Position numbers and translations under genes: made by a program
In this document: one piece after another, positions 62,047-64,000 of the stretch
Numbering within the stretch: the stretch's first letter is position 1
Layout: each line of letters opens with the position of its first letter
The notes under the pieces: model-generated
What the model was told of the DNA's origin: nothing
What the model saw: only the letters and a program-made list of their open reading frames with translations
Databases searched by the model: none
DNA from: Vitrella brassicaformis CCMP3155
Lineage: Eukaryota > Protista > Chromerida
DNA: 64,000 nucleotides
Assembly: GCA_001179505.1 (NCBI GenBank)
Contig: CDMY01000305.1
Coordinates: 434,001 to 498,000, forward strand
Direction of reading: 5' to 3'

Positions 62047-64000
62047 CTACCGTTTGTGAACAACTGTCTCACAGTACGTCATGCACATCACCGGTCCTCT
62101 TTGTCCGTCTCGACGATGCCGCCCCTTTGCCCTTTCCTTTGCCTTTGCCCTTGCCTTTGCCTTTGCCTTTGCCTTTGCCCTTGTCCTTGCCCTTGTTTGT
62201 GCTCCTCTTGCTGCTGCTGGCCTTGTCTGTGCTGTTCTCGTCATGGGTCACAATCACCTCTACACCCTCGTTGTCAACCACCTCGTCCTCAACGTCACTG
62301 TCTGTGTCTGACTGTGTGGCCGACGGGGGGATCAAGTCGTCCTGCTCGGCCTCCGGCACCACCGACACGCTCTGCACCTCATCTCCATCAGGCAGGCGCT
62401 GCACCAACACACCCGTCGCCGTCCGGCCCTGGTGGCAAACACACACACCATCGGGAAGCTCTGTGTTGTTGGTCGTTCTGGTGTGCCCATCTGAGTCACC
62501 TGCAGTGAGATCTCTCCGGCCTTCTGTCTGAGCACGGTGCCGCCGGCGGTTGAGAGCATGATCTCGTCGTTCAGGCGGCACACCCGCATACACGACACAG
62601 CGTCGCCGCCTAGCTTCTTCTTCTCGGCCGATGACGCCTTGTTGCCGCTGGTGTTGCCGCCATTGCCCTTTCCCTGAGGCTTGAACTTGGTGGCGATCAC
62701 ACCGAGGCCTCCGCGAGACTGCAGACGGAAGTGCGACGGCTTGATGCGCTTGCCTGACACACATGGACACGACACACAGATATAGGGAGAGAGTGTGGTG
62801 TGAACGGGCTGGAGTGGGTGGGGCTGGACTGTGTACCACAGCCGTTTTCGGTGACGGCGAGAAGGAAGAATTTGTTGGCGCCCTTGCCGTCGTCGTCCTC
62901 GTTGCCCGGCAGGATGTCAAGGTCGGCCACCTGGTCACCATCCCTACACACACGCATGCACACACAAGCCAGCCATTCATTGTGAGGATGGTCATGTCCT
63001 GCATTCAAACACGCACCCCTGCCCTGCAAAGACCTGATTTTGAGCGATTTGACCCCTCTGGATGTGCGCGAGGTCGGTCGAAGCTGCTCGCCATCGGTGC
63101 GGAAGCGGATCGCATAACCGCCACGAGTTGCTGCCAGCAGCACACACACAGCACGACATACACAAGTAGAATGGGCACCCATTGCCCCACTGCATGTGTG
63201 CGCACCAATGATGACGGAGTCGTCGTCAGTGCACCGCCGCACGAAGCGCAGTACGTCATCTGGCTCGAGGGCGATGAGTGTGAGCCCCCTGTTGGAGACG
63301 TTGGCGAAGGCCGCCAGAGGGGTCTTCTTGATCCAGCCCTTCTTGGTCAGCAACACCAGGTACTCATCCTCCTGACATGTGCATGTGACCAACACACACA
63401 CACACACGCGACAAGCCATCCGTCCATCCCTCTCTCTATCTCTCTCTGTGGGTGTGTCTGTGTCTGTGTGGGGGGGGGGGGGGGGNNNNNNNNNNNNNNN
63501 NNNNNNNNNNNNNNNNNNNNNNNNNNNNNNNNNNNNNNNNNNNNNNNNNNNNNNNNNNNNNNNNNNNNNNNNNNNNNNNNNNNNNNNNNNNNNNNNNNNN
63601 NNNNNNNNNNNNNNNNNNNNNNNNNNNNNNNNNNNNNNNNNNNNNNNNNNNNNNNNNNNNNNNNNNNNNNNNNNNNNNNNNNNNNNNNNNNNNNNNNNNN
63701 NNNNNNNNNNNNNNNNNNNNNNNNNNNNNNNNNNNNNNNNNNNNNNNNNNNNNNNNNNNNNNNNNNNNNNNNNNNNNNNNNNNNNGGGGGGGGGGGGGGG
63801 GGGGCACCTTACCTTGAACTGTGTGATGGGCAGGACAGATGTGATCCGGTCGTCCGCTGCGATGGGCAGCACCTGAGGCAGCGGGACCCCACGTGCTGTC
63901 CGTGAAGACAGAGGCACCTACACACACACATCACATCCCCCACCCATCCGACCACACGTGCCTTCCCTCCACACACACGTATACACACACGTGCACTGCA
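62047..64000 (-). CDS. gyrA: DNA gyrase subunit A, C-terminal beta-pinwheel domain (nucleus-encoded, presumably plastid-targeted); 5' part outside window
   Basis: Repeated blades: ITSVLPI, YLVLLTKKGWIKKTPLAAF..RGLTLIALEPDDVL, ATRGGYAIRF..RPTSRTSRGVK, LLAVTENGCGKRIKPSHFRLQSRGGLGV and MLSTAGGTVLRQKAGEISLQGRTATGVLVQRL. Confidence 0.95.
62121..62194 (-). repeat. Coding hexanucleotide repeat encoding (GK)n in the GyrA tail
   Basis: Plus-strand (cctttg/cccttg)n translates on the minus strand as KGKDKGKGKGKGKGKGKGKGKG. Confidence 0.95.
63486..63785. other. Assembly gap of 300 N flanked by poly-G, inside a gyrA intron
   Basis: N run with G homopolymers on both sides. Confidence 0.99.

Noticed and set aside
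159-63927. Most six-frame ORFs listed in the track
   Set aside because: They are antisense or intron-spanning shadows typical of GC-rich DNA. Many translate microsatellites (HTHTH, VCVCV, SIHPS).
1-64000. Transposons, CRISPR arrays, rRNA or tRNA genes
   Set aside because: No transposase or RT motifs, terminal repeats, repeat-spacer arrays or recognisable structural RNA sequences were seen.

Overview
Eukaryotic, GC-rich, very intron-rich genomic DNA. Introns are short (about 50-110 nt) and filled with (CA/TG)n, (GACA)n and (ATGG)n repeats. Intron style, gene content and a characteristic expanded gene family point to a chromerid alveolate such as Vitrella brassicaformis (inference). I rebuilt about 20 multi-exon genes by hand, so gene boundaries are approximate. 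They include a MYCBPAP-like axonemal protein fused to a degenerate PGK domain, a secreted protein, a 4-TM membrane protein, a Cid1/GLD2-family nucleotidyltransferase, a START-domain protein, an F-box protein and CCDC112. Also present are a lineage-expanded family gene, an ankyrin-coiled-coil-RING gene, a GAF-type class I phosphodiesterase, an SLC18-like MFS transporter, an FG-repeat protein, an ATP-grasp-like protein, a RING-CH membrane E3 ligase and the 3' part of gyrA. No rRNA, tRNA, CRISPR array or transposon was recognised. There are two 300-N assembly gaps. Strongest oddities: (1) the MYCBPAP plus pseudo-phosphoglycerate-kinase fusion; (2) an intact C3HC4 RING that lies behind a single in-frame TAG; (3) a duplicated N-terminal coding module whose second copy has perfect in-phase splice sites and so looks like a newly formed intron.
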